Assembly (NCBI GenBank): GCA_963719755.1
Contig: CAVRDA010000021.1
Coordinates: forward strand, 431,403-495,402
Source: Vicinamibacteria bacterium
GTDB lineage: Bacteria; Acidobacteriota; Vicinamibacteria; Vicinamibacterales; JAENWD01
Reading direction: 5' to 3'
DNA length: 64,000 bases
Shown here: positions 40,529 to 51,684 of the stretch, one piece after another
Numbering within the stretch: the first letter of the stretch is position 1
How the letters are laid out: every line of letters starts with the position of its first letter
The notes under the pieces: model-generated
Told to the model about the DNA's origin: nothing
What the model saw: the letters and a program-made list of their open reading frames with translations, nothing else
The model's database searches: none
Position numbers and translations under genes: made by a program

Positions 40529-41095
40529 TTACGTGCGCAACGCCGCCAGCGCGCCGGTCCACCGGCGCAGCTCGTCCAGCATCACGATGGCGGACTTCTC
40601 CTGGGCCGCGGTCGCCTTGAACGCGCCGGAGGCTTTGTCGATCTGCTGGCTGAACATCGGCAGCGCCACCGCTTCGACGATCGGCACGATCTTCACCGCG
40701 GCAAGCAGCGTCTTGGTCATCTGCGCCGCGCGCAAGCCGCCGGAGATGCCGCCGTAGCTCACCAGCCCCGCGGCCTTGTAGTTCCACTCGGTGTACAGGT
40801 GGTCGATCGCGTTCACCAGCGCCGGCGGCGAGCTGTAGTTGTATTCCGGCGTGACGATGGCGAATGCGTCGAGCGCCGAGATCGCGGCGCTCCATTGCCT
40901 GGTCTTCTCGCTCTCGGTACTGATGCAGCCGCGGGTGCACCGGCTCCTCGAGCAGCGGGAGCGCCCACTCCTTGAGATCGACCCTTCGACCTCGAAGCCG
41001 CCGTGCGTTCGCGCGACTTCGATGAACCAGTCGGCGACCGGCCCGCCGGCGCGGCCCTTACGGACGCTGGCGATGATGACTCCAAGACGGGGCAT
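40529..41095 (-). CDS. NADPH-dependent FMN reductase family protein; two compensating frame shifts (near 40983 and 40917)
   Basis: MPRLGVIIASVRKGR...; TPEYNYSSPPALVNAIDHLY. The segment VDLKEWALPLLEEPVHPRLHQY is readable only in another frame. SD AAGGAG upstream. Confidence 0.75.
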   Translation of the reverse strand: MPRLGVIIASVRKGRAGGPVADWFIEVARTHGGFEVEGSISRSGRSRCSRSRCTRGCISTESEKTRQWSAAISALDAFAIVTPEYNYSSPPALVNAIDHLYTEWNYKAAGLVSYGGISGGLRAAQMTKTLLAAVKIVPIVEAVALPMFSQQIDKASGAFKATAAQEKSAIVMLDELRRWTGALAALRT

Positions 41096-41114
41096 GCAGA
41101 CTCCTTCGATGCGC

Positions 41115-42605
<1,491 letters not shown>

Positions 42606-42722
42606 CTGGTCTCTCCTCGCGATTGATCGTTTGAAGAGTCTACAGGTTCGAGCCCGTACGCGCCGCCACACCTTCAGGGCGGATATCGGTTCGCTGTCAC
42701 GCTGCGCTTCGCGTGTCCTCAA

Positions 42723-42929
42723 GGGATCCGCAGATGACGCCGATTGCGCAGATTTCTTGCTGGAGATTGCTCGATCAGGTACCTCGCGGCGGCTCGGAAA
42801 CAGCGAACCCGGGCGACACCGGCCGCGAATGCGGCCGGTCGGCGAGACGGGCCGAGGCGTGCGCCGCGGGGTCGCCCGGGTTCTGGCGCCCAGGGAATCT
42901 GCGTTCATCCGCGTAATCTGCGGATCGAT
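42723..42929. repeat. about 207-bp nested inverted-repeat element (MITE-like or structured RNA), CGCAGAT dialect at both ends
   Basis: Ends: GATCCGCAGAT (42725-42735) pairs with ATCTGCGGATC (42916-42926), and CGCAGATT (42747) with AATCTGCG (42896). Inner perfect 13-bp IR GAACCCGGGCGAC (42805-42817) / GTCGCCCGGGTTC (42871-42883). Core hairpin CCGGCCGC-gaat-GCGGCCGG (42819-42838). Confidence 0.75.
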
Positions 42930-42972
42930 TCGCCGCCGCACACCGACGCAGTGCCGGAACTGAAGTTCCGGC

Positions 42973-45424
42973 CTACTCCGACCGCAGCGCCTGAATCACG
43001 TCGACCCGCGAGGCGCGCGCCGCCGGCATCAGCGACGCGACGACCGCGGCGGACACGAGCACGAGCGCCGCGCCGATGACCGGCATCATCCCGGGCAGCC
43101 GGACGTCGGTGATGTAGGCGCCGACGAGCCGCGCCAGCAAGACACCGCCCAGGACGCCAGCGACGATGCCGATGCCGGCGATGACCACGCCTTCGCCGAG
43201 GACTCGCGTCAGCAGATGGCGCGGCTCCGACCCGATCGCCAGGCGCACGCCGAACTCGCGGGTGCGCGCGCTCACCGAGAACGCCAGGACGCCGGCGACG
43301 CCGACCACGGCGATGAGCAGCGCGACGCCGGCGAAGACGCCGAACACCAGCGCGTTGAGGCGGTCGGGCGCGAGCACCTCGGCGCGCACGTCCTCGAGCG
43401 TCGCCGCCTGTTCCACGGGCTGATCGGCCGACAGGTCGCGGATGACGCGCGTGATCGGCCGCACGAGCGAGTACGGGTCGGTCCGGGTGTGCACGAACAG
43501 CCGGCCGCCGCCGATTTCCTGCTCGAATGGGTGATAGACGCTCATCGCCGGTCCAGGCACGACGTTCTCGTCGTCCACGTCGGCGACGACGCCGATGATG
43601 CGCCGCGGCCCCGTGCTGACGTCGATGAACTTCATCACCGGGTCGGTCCACATGAAGTTGCGGTTCAGCGCGTCCTGGGTGGCGAACATCCGCTGCGCCA
43701 GGCTCTGGCTGACGATGACGACCTTCTCGGCGTCGCGGCGATCCGCGTCGGTGAAGTCGCGGCCCGCGATGATCGGCACGCCGAGCGAGGCGAAGAACCC
43801 TGGCGACACCGTGCGGAAGCGCGCGCGGGGATCCTCTTCGCCGCCCGCCTTGGCGTAGCCCTCGGCGGAAAACTGGAATCCCGGTCCGAACGTGCCCGCG
43901 TCGCGCCACGGCACGACGGTGCCGACGGCCACCCGCTCCACGCCCGGCAGCTCGCCGATCCGCCGCAGGATCTCGCGATAGAAAGCGGCGGTCTGCTCCG
44001 GCGGTCGCGAGTACGACACGATCGGCACGTTGATCGCGAGGACGTTCTGCGTGTCGAAGCCGGTTGGCGCCGACTGCAGCGCCAGCAGCGTCGTCAGCAG
44101 CATCCCCGCGCCGGCGAGCAGGACGAACGACGCCGCGATCTGCGTGACCGCGAAGACGCGCAGCCGCCGGTTGGTGCCCGAGGTGAGCCGCACGCTGCCG
44201 TTCGACAGGCTGATGCCGCTCGACGCGTCGGCGTTCGGCAGCCGCGGCACGAACGCCAGCAGCACCGACGCCGTCAAAGCCAGGGCGACGCCGACCCACA
44301 GCAGCGTCGAATCCACCGTGAGGTCGAGCGCTCGCACCGAGAATCGCGAGGCGTACTGCGCCAGGATCGCGACCATCGGCCGCGCGATGAGCACGCCGAG
44401 GACGGCCCCGGCGCCGCAGAGCAGGAGGCTTTCCGCCAGCAGCGTCCGGCGCAGCGCGCCGGTGCTCGCGCCCAGCGCCGCACGCACGGCCAGCTCGCCC
44501 TCGCGCCGGACCGAGCGCGCCAGGATCAGGTTCGCGACGTTCGAGCAGGCGATGACGAACACCAGCGCCGACGCCGCCAGCAGCACGAGCAGCACGGTTC
44601 GCGCTGGCGAGATGATCTGGTCGCGGAGCCGGGTCACGTCGATAGCGAAGTTGGCGTCCTTCGGGTACGACTCGCGGTGCTGCGGCGACGATCGAGGAGT
44701 GGATCGTCCGCAGCTCGGCGCGCGCGGCCTCGATGTCCGCGCCGGGAGCCAGCCGGCCGAAGAGCTCCGTCATCCGGTGCACGCGCCCGTGCACCATCGT
44801 CGCGTCCAGGTGGTGCGGGCTGGTGACGACGTTGGAGATGATCTCGGTCTGCGACGGATATGGCACCGACGGCTCGAGGACGCCGACGATCGTCGCGGAC
44901 CGATCGCCGAGGCGGATGTTCCTGCCGATCAGGCTCGCGTCGCTGGCCAGGGTCGTGGACCAGAAGCGATGCGTCAGGACCACGGCGCCGGCGGCCTGCG
45001 CGCCGTCGTCTCTGGGGCCGAGCAGGCGGCCGAGCACCGGCTTGAGGCCCATCACGTCGAAGTACGAGCCGCCGACGACGCCGGCCCTGACGACGCGCGG
45101 CTCGCCCAGGCCCACCATCGTGAAGTCGATGGTCGAGAAGTCGCCGAAGGCCGCAAGCGTCCGGGCGCGCGAGCGCAGGTCGTTGAGCTCGGGCACCGAG
45201 AACGCGGCGTTGTCGGCGCCGATGCCGCGCGCGCTCTGGCGGATGTAGACCAGGCGGTCCTCGTCCTCGTTGACCAGCGGCCGCAGCAGCACGCCGCGGA
45301 CGACGCTGAAGATGGCCGCGTTGGCGCCGATGCCGAGCGCGAGCGTCACGATGACCGTGATGGCCAGACCCTTGACGCGGGCCAGGGACCGGAGGGCGAA
45401 GCGGAAGTCGGTCAGTATCGTCAT
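42973..45424 (-). CDS. ADOP-family duplicated MacB/FtsX-type permease (no adjacent padR); frame broken near 44680
   Basis: [40 protein letters not shown]-terminus from ATG 45424, then ORF 42973..44637. The span is 2452 nt. Confidence 0.85.
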
Positions 45425-45435
45425 ACGACTCTCAT

Positions 45436-45463
45436 TACCCGTCAACGCGGGTATTAGTACCCG
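45436..45463 (-). promoter_or_regulatory. three hexamer half-sites TACCCG-N6-CGGGTA-N4-TACCCG in the ADOP leader/promoter
   Basis: The minus strand reads CGGGTActaaTACCCGcgttgaCGGGTAatgagagtcgtATG. It could be alternative 6-bp hairpins or an operator. Confidence 0.35.
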
Positions 45464-45476
45464 AAAAATTATGTCA

Positions 45477-45670
45477 GTGCCGCGTGCTTCGTGCCATGTG
45501 CCTCGTCCGTGCTTCGTGCCTCGTGCCGCGTCCGGTGCTTCGTGCCTGGTCCCTTCGTGCAGAGCCGCCGCCCCGGGGACCGCAGCCGGCACGCGGCCCG
45601 CACCCAGCACCCGGCCCATGACACCGCACGCGGCACCGCACCCAGCACGCGGCACCAAGCACTCAGCACC
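45477..45670. repeat. heptamer-ladder palindrome, GTGCTTC dialect (about 85-nt arms) in a divergent intergenic region
   Basis: GTGCCGC GTGCTTC GTGCCAT GTGCCTC GTCC GTGCTTC GTGCCTC GTGCCGC ... then GCAC GCGGCCC GCAC CCAGCAC ... GCGGCAC CGCAC CCAGCAC GCGGCAC CAAGCAC TCAGCAC. Confidence 0.85.
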
Positions 45671-45751
45671 TGCCAGGGTGCTCCCTCTACTTGTGTTGTC
45701 GAATGGCACCCGCCCGAATCGACACCGCCAGACGCCGGTCGCAAAGATTTC

Positions 45752-45759
45752 TCTAGAAT
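45752..45759 (+). promoter_or_regulatory. TCTAGAAT -10-like element upstream of the PQQ dehydrogenase gene (with GGAGG SD downstream)
   Basis: The sequence reads gatttcTCTAGAATggcgggcGGAGGcgcacgccgggATG. Confidence 0.35.
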
Positions 45760-45782
45760 GGCGGGCGGAGGCGCACGCCGGG

Positions 45783-47748
45783 ATGCGGAGCAGCGTTCGA
45801 GTCGCGTTGGTGCTGGTGGCCCTGTCAGCGGCCAGCTCTGCTTTTGCCCAGGCGCCAGCGGCGGGCAAACGGGTCTTCGAGACGGTGTGCGCCCGTTGCC
45901 ATGGGGCCGACGGCAAGGGCGGCGACATGGGACCGCCCATCGCCCTTCGCCTGGCCAACCTCGACGACAAGCAGCTCGCGGCGCTGATCCGGGACGGCCG
46001 GCCGACCAAGGGCATGCCGCCGACGCCCCTGACGCCGGTCCGTTCGCGCGGCCTCGTCTCCCACCTCCGCGACCTCCAGCGGCGGGCCGAGTTCGTTCCG
46101 CCGAGACGGCTCGAGGCACAGCTGACCGACGGCACGGCACTCGCCGGCATCGTCCTCAACGAGGGCTACTCCGACGTGCAGGTGCGCACCGACGACAACC
46201 ACGTGCGGCTGCTCCGTCGCGACGGCGAGCGGTTCAGGCCCGTGACCTCGAGCACCGACTGGCCGACGTACAACGGCGACCCGGGCGGCAACCGGCACAC
46301 CGCGCTGACCCAGATCGACAAGCAGACGGTCGCGCGGCTGGCGCCGCGGTGGATGTATTCGCTCGACGACACCGGCTTGCTGCAGGTGACGCCAGTGGTG
46401 GTCGGCGGAATCATGTATGTGACGGCGGCCAACGAGTGCGTCGCGCTCGACGCCGGCACGGGACGCCGGATCTGGCAGTACAAGCGGCCGCGGACCAAGG
46501 GCGTGGCCGGCGGCGGCGCCAACCGCGGCGTCGCCGTGGCCGGCGATCGCGTGTTCATGGTCACCGACCACGCGCATCTCGTGGCGCTGAATCGCTTCAC
46601 CGGCGAGGTGCTCTGGGACGTCGTGATGGACGACTGGCGGAAGAACTACGCTGCCTCGTCGGCCCCGTTGGTCGCCGGAGACCTCGTGCTGTCCGGCGTC
46701 TCGGGCGGCGAGCACGGCGCGAACGGGTTCCTCGCCGCGTTCGACCAGGAGACGGGCCGCGAGGTGTGGCGCTTCTGGACGGTGCCGAAGCCTGGCGAGC
46801 CGGGCTCGGAGACGTGGGCCGGCAAGGACATCTACCACGGCGGCGCTCCCACCTGGTTCACCGGCAGCTACGACGCCGGGCTCGACACGGTGTACTGGCC
46901 GACCGGCAATCCGGCGAAGGAGTACAACGGCGACGATCGCCAGGGCGACAATCTCTACGCCAGCTGCATCCTCGCCCTCGATCGGAAGACCGGCCGGCTC
47001 AAATGGCATTACCAGTTCACGCCGCACGATCTGTGGGACTGGGACGCGACGCAGACCTCCGTCGTCGTGGACGCGGAGTGGGACGGGCAGACGCGTCCGC
47101 TGCTGCTCCACGCCAATCGCAACGGCTTCTTCTACGTGTTCGACCGGCGTGACGGGACGCGGCTCCTCACACGCCCCTTCGTGAAGAACCTGACGTGGGC
47201 CACCGGCGTCGGCGACGATGGGCGCCCGGTGAGGGTGGCGGGCCAGGAGCCGTCGCCGGAAGGCACGAAGGTCTGCCCGTCGCAGGACGGCGCGACGAAC
47301 TGGTTCTCGCCGTCGTTCAATCCGGCCACCGGCCTCTACTACGTGCAGACGTTCGAGAAGTGCAGCATCTACACGAAGCGCTCTGGGGATGTCTGGCAGC
47401 CGGGCAAGCCCTACCTCGGCGGATCGCAGCGGACCGCGCCAGAGCCCGGTGCCGCAGCGCATCCTGCGCGCCATCGACATCAGGACGGGCGCGATCACCT
47501 GGGAACTGCCGCAGCCCGGCCCGGCGTACTCCTGGGGCGGAACGCTCAGCACCGCGAGCGGCCTGGTGATCGTCGCGGAGGAAGGCGGCGCGCTGATGGC
47601 GGCCGACGCCTCCACCGGCACGCCGCTCTGGAGCTTTCAGACGAATCAGGTCTGGCGCGCGTCGCCGATGACCTACATGTTCGACGGCCGGCAGTTCATC
47701 GCCATCGCGTCCGGCAGCAACATCCTCGCGTTCGCCCTTCAGGACTGA
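45783..47748 (+). CDS. PQQ-dependent dehydrogenase with an N-terminal cytochrome c domain; frame broken near 47445
   Basis: Signal peptide, CARCHG heme motif, DWPTYNGDPGGNRHTAL and repeated propeller W-motifs. The C-terminus is in ORF 47389..47748. Confidence 0.8.
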
Positions 47749-47761
47749 ACGCGGGACCGCG

Positions 47762-48502
47762 CTAGAAATTCACGCGGACCCCGAACGAGATCGGCAGCGT
47801 CCAGCGCGAGCTCTTCGAGTTGATGTCCTCGAGACCGGTGTCCCTGAAGGCGTCGATCGTCGACAGGCCGCTGTTGTAGCGAACGCCGATCTGCCCGTTC
47901 ACGTCGACCTTGTCGGTCAAGGCGTAGAGGGCGCCGCCGCCGAAACCCAGCGTCAACGCTGCCGTGCCATCGTAGAAGTCGGTCTGGTGACGGACGACGC
48001 CGGCGTTCGGCGCGGCGAACACGGCTTGGATTTCGTCGATGATCGCGACGCCGAACGTGCCAGAGGCATACGGCCGCAGCTTCTCGCGGCGTGGCGCGAA
48101 GTAGTGGCGGTAGACGCCTTCGATGTTGAACGCGTTGTAATCATCAAAGGTCCCGACCAGCTCGGTCCCGGCCACTGTTCCGACTTCGACGACGTCCGAG
48201 CCAACTTTCTGGTAGCTGAACTGGGCGCGGATCTCGTTGATCTCGTCGATCATGTAGCCGGCGCTGAACGACCACACCACGCCGGTGCCGTAGACCTCGT
48301 CGAAAGGCTGCGGCAGCACGATGGTCGGGAGCCCGTCGAGCGTCCCGATTGCGCCGGTCAGGAAGTCGCCGCTGAGGCTCACGTCGAAGCCGACCGAGGC
48401 TTCCGCGTTCCACGAGGAGTCGTTGGTCTGGGCAAGGGCCGAAGGCGCCGCGGCGAGCCAGACGACGATGGCCGCCGCGGCGGTCCAGTACCTACCGCGC
48501 AC
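47762..48502 (-). CDS. outer-membrane beta-barrel protein
   Basis: Intact 246-aa ORF with signal peptide ...APSALAQ, alternating strands and C-terminal ...GVRVNF. Confidence 0.65.
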   Translation of the reverse strand: MRGRYWTAAAAIVVWLAAAPSALAQTNDSSWNAEASVGFDVSLSGDFLTGAIGTLDGLPTIVLPQPFDEVYGTGVVWSFSAGYMIDEINEIRAQFSYQKVGSDVVEVGTVAGTELVGTFDDYNAFNIEGVYRHYFAPRREKLRPYASGTFGVAIIDEIQAVFAAPNAGVVRHQTDFYDGTAALTLGFGGGALYALTDKVDVNGQIGVRYNSGLSTIDAFRDTGLEDINSKSSRWTLPISFGVRVNF

Positions 48503-49059
48503 CGGATGCTTCCTCGAACGACACCAGCATGGCTTCCGTCCACGTGATGTCGACCTTGTCGCCGACCTTCACCTTCTCCAGCGCCTTCTTGTCTTCCACC
48601 TTCGAGCTGTACTTCCAGCCGTTCGGGCCTTCGAAGCTGATCGATGGCGTCTTGAGGTTGATGTCGGTGATGGTCGCCGTGATCGTGCGCTGTTCGGATA
48701 CGGTGCCCGCCGGCCGCGATCCCGGGGCCTTCTCCGACTCCGGCGGCGGCGCTGTCCTGGGGCTTGTCGCCAGGCGCCTGGACGCGGAGCACGACCGTCT
48801 CGTAGTAGCGCGCCTTCAGCTTGTCGCCGACCTTGATGCTCGAGAACCGCTCGGCGGCCGTCGGCACGTACATGCGTTCGTAGGTCCCGTCAGGCTTCTT
48901 CAGCACGAGGACACGGCTTGCGGATTCGATGGCTTCGACCGTCGCCTCCACTGTCTTCACTTCGCCGGTCAACGTCTTGCTCTGCGCCGCGGCCGGGGTG
49001 CTGGTCATTGCCGCCAGCCCGGCCGCCGCAGCCAGACTCGCCAGGAACATCTGTCTCAT
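48492..49059 (-). CDS. hypothetical secreted protein with an internally duplicated domain; frame broken at about 48710-48760
   Basis: Signal peptide MRQMFLASLAAAAGLAAMTSTPAAAQ. Two similar halves end in KVGDKLKARYYE and KVGDKVDITWTE. SD GGAGGA upstream. An 11-nt overlap with the downstream OMP gene. Confidence 0.5.
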
Positions 49060-49193
49060 CGCATCCTCCAGTGATCGTTGCATCTCATTGTGGCCAGCCC
49101 AGCCTCTCGCGAACATTAGACCTTGGTCCAACGGCCGCTGAGGCTGAGTTTGCACCTGCGTCTGCCACAATGTGCGTTGCGAGAGGATAGCGC

Positions 49194-50438
49194 ATGGAGG
49201 GGTCGATGGCGCAACGGTCACGGACGGGTTCATGGCATCTGGCGATGGCGCTGGCGGCGATCGCCGTGACTGCAGCCGGCGCGCAGCAGGGCGACGAGCC
49301 GCCGCCGAAGCTCACCGCATCAGCGATTCTTCCGGCAGCCACGATCAATGGGCCGCACTACACGGTCGATCCGCCCGTCAAGGCCGAAGGGTATCTGTAC
49401 GAGTTCACGCTGACGTCCGACTTCGGGCCGTTCACCGCGAACGGCCGTTCCCAGCTTGCGACGCGCATCGAGGAGATCCGTGCCATTGCCGCGCTGCAGG
49501 ACGTGTCGAAGAGCGAGGTGTTCCTGAAGTCGGCCGGCGGCGCCATCGTCAACATCGGCAAGGGCGCGGCGAGCGCCGTCACGAACCCGACAGAGACGGC
49601 GAAGGGCATCGGCGCCGGCGTGAAGCGGTTCGGGGTGAATCTCGGACGCGCGAGCAAGCGGGCGGTCACGAGCGAAGGCGGCGCGGACACCGGCGAGTCG
49701 GGCGCGGAAAGCGCGGCGTCGACGGTGCTCGGCGTCTCGTCGGCCATGCGCCGGTGGGCGCAGAAGGTCGGCGCGGACCCGTACACCACCAACATCACGC
49801 TCCGGGAGGCGTTGAAGAGCATTGCCGAGGTAGATGCCGCGGGTTCGATCGTGACGAAGGTCGTCGTTCCCATACCGCAGGTCATCGGCGCGGTCGCGAC
49901 CGTCGGCGACCTGGTGTGGTCGAAGGACCCCGAAGAGCTGAGGAAGCTGAACGAGCAGCGTGCCGCCGGCCTCGGCGTCTCGAAGCAGTCTTCTGACGCC
50001 TTCTTCCGGAACGGCTGGTACACCCTCACGCTGCAGACCAGGTTCGTCGCCGCGCTGGACGCGGTGAAGGCGCCCGGTGCCGCCGACTACCTCGAGACGG
50101 CAACCGCCGCCGACACCGAGGGCGAAGCGCATTTCTTCGTCGAGAGCGCCGAGATGCTTCGGCTGTTCCACACGAAGCACGGTGTGGAGCGTCTGCTGCC
50201 CGATTCGCGGGCCGTCGTCGCGGCGTCGAAGGGGCGCGCCGCGCTGCTGGCGCCGCTCGACTACGTCCGGGCCACGCGGGCGTCGACGGAGGTGCTGGAA
50301 GAGATTGCCGCACGGTCCCGGAAGGAGCTTGGCGCGACGCGCCTGGAGCTGGTGCTGACCGGTCGCGCGACCGAGCGGGCAAAGAAAGAGGCGAAGGCCA
50401 TCGGCTGGACCGTCGTCGAGTCGCAGCCGGCGCGCTGA
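49194..50438 (+). CDS. hypothetical secreted protein (no family recognised)
   Basis: Intact 414-aa ORF with a signal-like N-terminus WHLAMALAAIAVTAAGAQQ. Confidence 0.55.
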   Translation: MEGSMAQRSRTGSWHLAMALAAIAVTAAGAQQGDEPPPKLTASAILPAATINGPHYTVDPPVKAEGYLYEFTLTSDFGPFTANGRSQLATRIEEIRAIAALQDVSKSEVFLKSAGGAIVNIGKGAASAVTNPTETAKGIGAGVKRFGVNLGRASKRAVTSEGGADTGESGAESAASTVLGVSSAMRRWAQKVGADPYTTNITLREALKSIAEVDAAGSIVTKVVVPIPQVIGAVATVGDLVWSKDPEELRKLNEQRAAGLGVSKQSSDAFFRNGWYTLTLQTRFVAALDAVKAPGAADYLETATAADTEGEAHFFVESAEMLRLFHTKHGVERLLPDSRAVVAASKGRAALLAPLDYVRATRASTEVLEEIAARSRKELGATRLELVLTGRATERAKKEAKAIGWTVVESQPAR

Positions 50439-50475
50439 GCCGCCGAATCGGCGGTTGTCGACAAAATCACCACGG

Positions 50476-50481
50476 TAAAGT
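50476..50481 (+). promoter_or_regulatory. -10-like TAAAGT, 6 nt upstream of GTG 50488
   Basis: The sequence reads cacggTAAAGTagcagcGTG, preceded by the small hairpin CCGCCGAaTCGGCGG (50440-50454) after the upstream stop. Confidence 0.3.
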
Positions 50482-50487
50482 AGCAGC

Positions 50488-51621
50488 GTGCGAGGCCTCC
50501 TGATCGGATTGGCGTGGCTCCTCGTCTTCGGCCTCGGCGTCCAGACGCCGCCGCCGCGCCCCGGCCGGCCGTGATCGGATATCTGTTCCCGCAGGAGACG
50601 CTGCTCGATCCGGCCGCCATCGCCGCGGACAAGCTCACCCACATCAACTACGCCTTTGCCAACATCCGAAACGGGGTCGTCGTCGAGGGCTTCTCGCGGG
50701 ACGCCGAGAACTTCAAGGTGCTCGCCGGGCTGCGTCGCGCGCATCCGCACCTGAAGGTGCTGGTGTCGGTGGGCGGCTGGACCTGGTCTGGCGGCTTCTC
50801 GGATGCGGCGCTCACGCCGGCGTCGCGCGCGGCGTTCGTGTCGAGCGCGGTGGACTTCGTCCGGCGTCACGATCTCGACGGCTTCGACGTGGACTGGGAG
50901 TATCCGGGCCTCCCCGGAAACGGCAACACGCACCGGCCCGAGGACAAGCCGAACTTCACGGCGTTGATGGCCGAGCTGCGCATGGCGCTGGACAAGGACG
51001 GGCGCGAGCGCAGCCGGTCGTACCTGCTCACGCTCGCTGTCGGCGCCTTCCCGCGGTTCCTCGAGCACACCGAGATGGCGAAGGTGCAGGCGTCGGCCGA
51101 CTTCGTGAACCTGATGACCTACGACTTCCGGGTCGCCTCGGTCGATCGCATCGCCGGCCATCACGCCAACCTGTTCGATTCCCCGGCCGACGACGAAGGG
51201 GCGGTCGGCCGACCGCGCGGTGCGCGAGTTCCTGGCCGCCGGGGTGCCGGCGCAGAAGCTGGTGCTCGGCGTGCCGTTCTACGGGCGGGCATGGACGGAC
51301 GTCGCGCCGCAGAACAACGGCCTCTATCAGCCGGGTGTCGCGCCTCGCGAGCGCATGGATCTGGCGTACGGGCGGCTGTCGACGGAAGTCGTCGGACGCG
51401 ACGGCTTCGTGCGGTTCTGGGACGCGACCGCGAACGCGCCCTATCTCTGGAACGCGGAACGGCGGACGTTCATCGCCTACGACGACCCGGAGTCGCTCGG
51501 CCTCAAGACCCAGTACGTGCTCACCCACGGTCTCGGCGGCGTGATGTTCTGGCAGTACGGCGAAGACCCGACCGGCGCGCTGCTGAACGCGCTCGATGCC
51601 GGCCTGCGACGCCGGCCCTGA
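50488..51621 (+). CDS. GH18 chitinase-like glycoside hydrolase; two frame breaks (near 50560 and 51200)
   Basis: Signal peptide VRGLLIGLAWLLVFGLG, catalytic DGFDVDWEYP, LMTYDF and GGVMFWQYGED. Confidence 0.8.
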
Positions 51622-51684
51622 GTTCACTCGGGCCGAGGCTTGTCGGCGAGGGGGTCGCGCGACCAGGGCGTGCGCACAGCGCGG

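Noticed and set aside
42636-42668. tRNA-like 3-prime end: GGTTCGAGCCC (T-loop-like) followed by ACGCGCC-G-CCA
   Set aside because: No complementary 5-prime acceptor strand (GGCGCGT) lies about 70 nt upstream. The T-stem has a mismatch. There are no D or anticodon arms. The upstream part overlaps the start of the CDS 41115-42605 on the other strand.
42723-42929. An autonomous insertion sequence
   Set aside because: At 207 bp it has no coding capacity, there is no transposase anywhere in the window, and I see no flanking target-site duplication. It is kept only as a MITE-like or structured-RNA candidate.
45270-45782. N-terminal extension of the PQQ dehydrogenase ORF (the track ORF starts at 45270)
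   Set aside because: The extension reads through the GTGCTTC ladder repeat and overlaps the ADOP2 start on the other strand. A signal peptide begins at ATG 45783, preceded by GGAGG.
42905-46159. Very long ORFs such as 42905..46159 (-, 1084 aa), 3005..4708 (-), 12673..14979 (+), 43216..44826 (+), 49320..51164 (-), 56087..57796 (+)
   Set aside because: Their translations are Arg/Ala/Gly/Pro-rich low-complexity strings running antisense or out of frame to genes with clear family motifs. This is the typical open-frame artefact of GC-rich DNA. Only the part of 42905..46159 from ATG 45424 down to the frame break near 44680 is real (the ADOP2 N-terminus).
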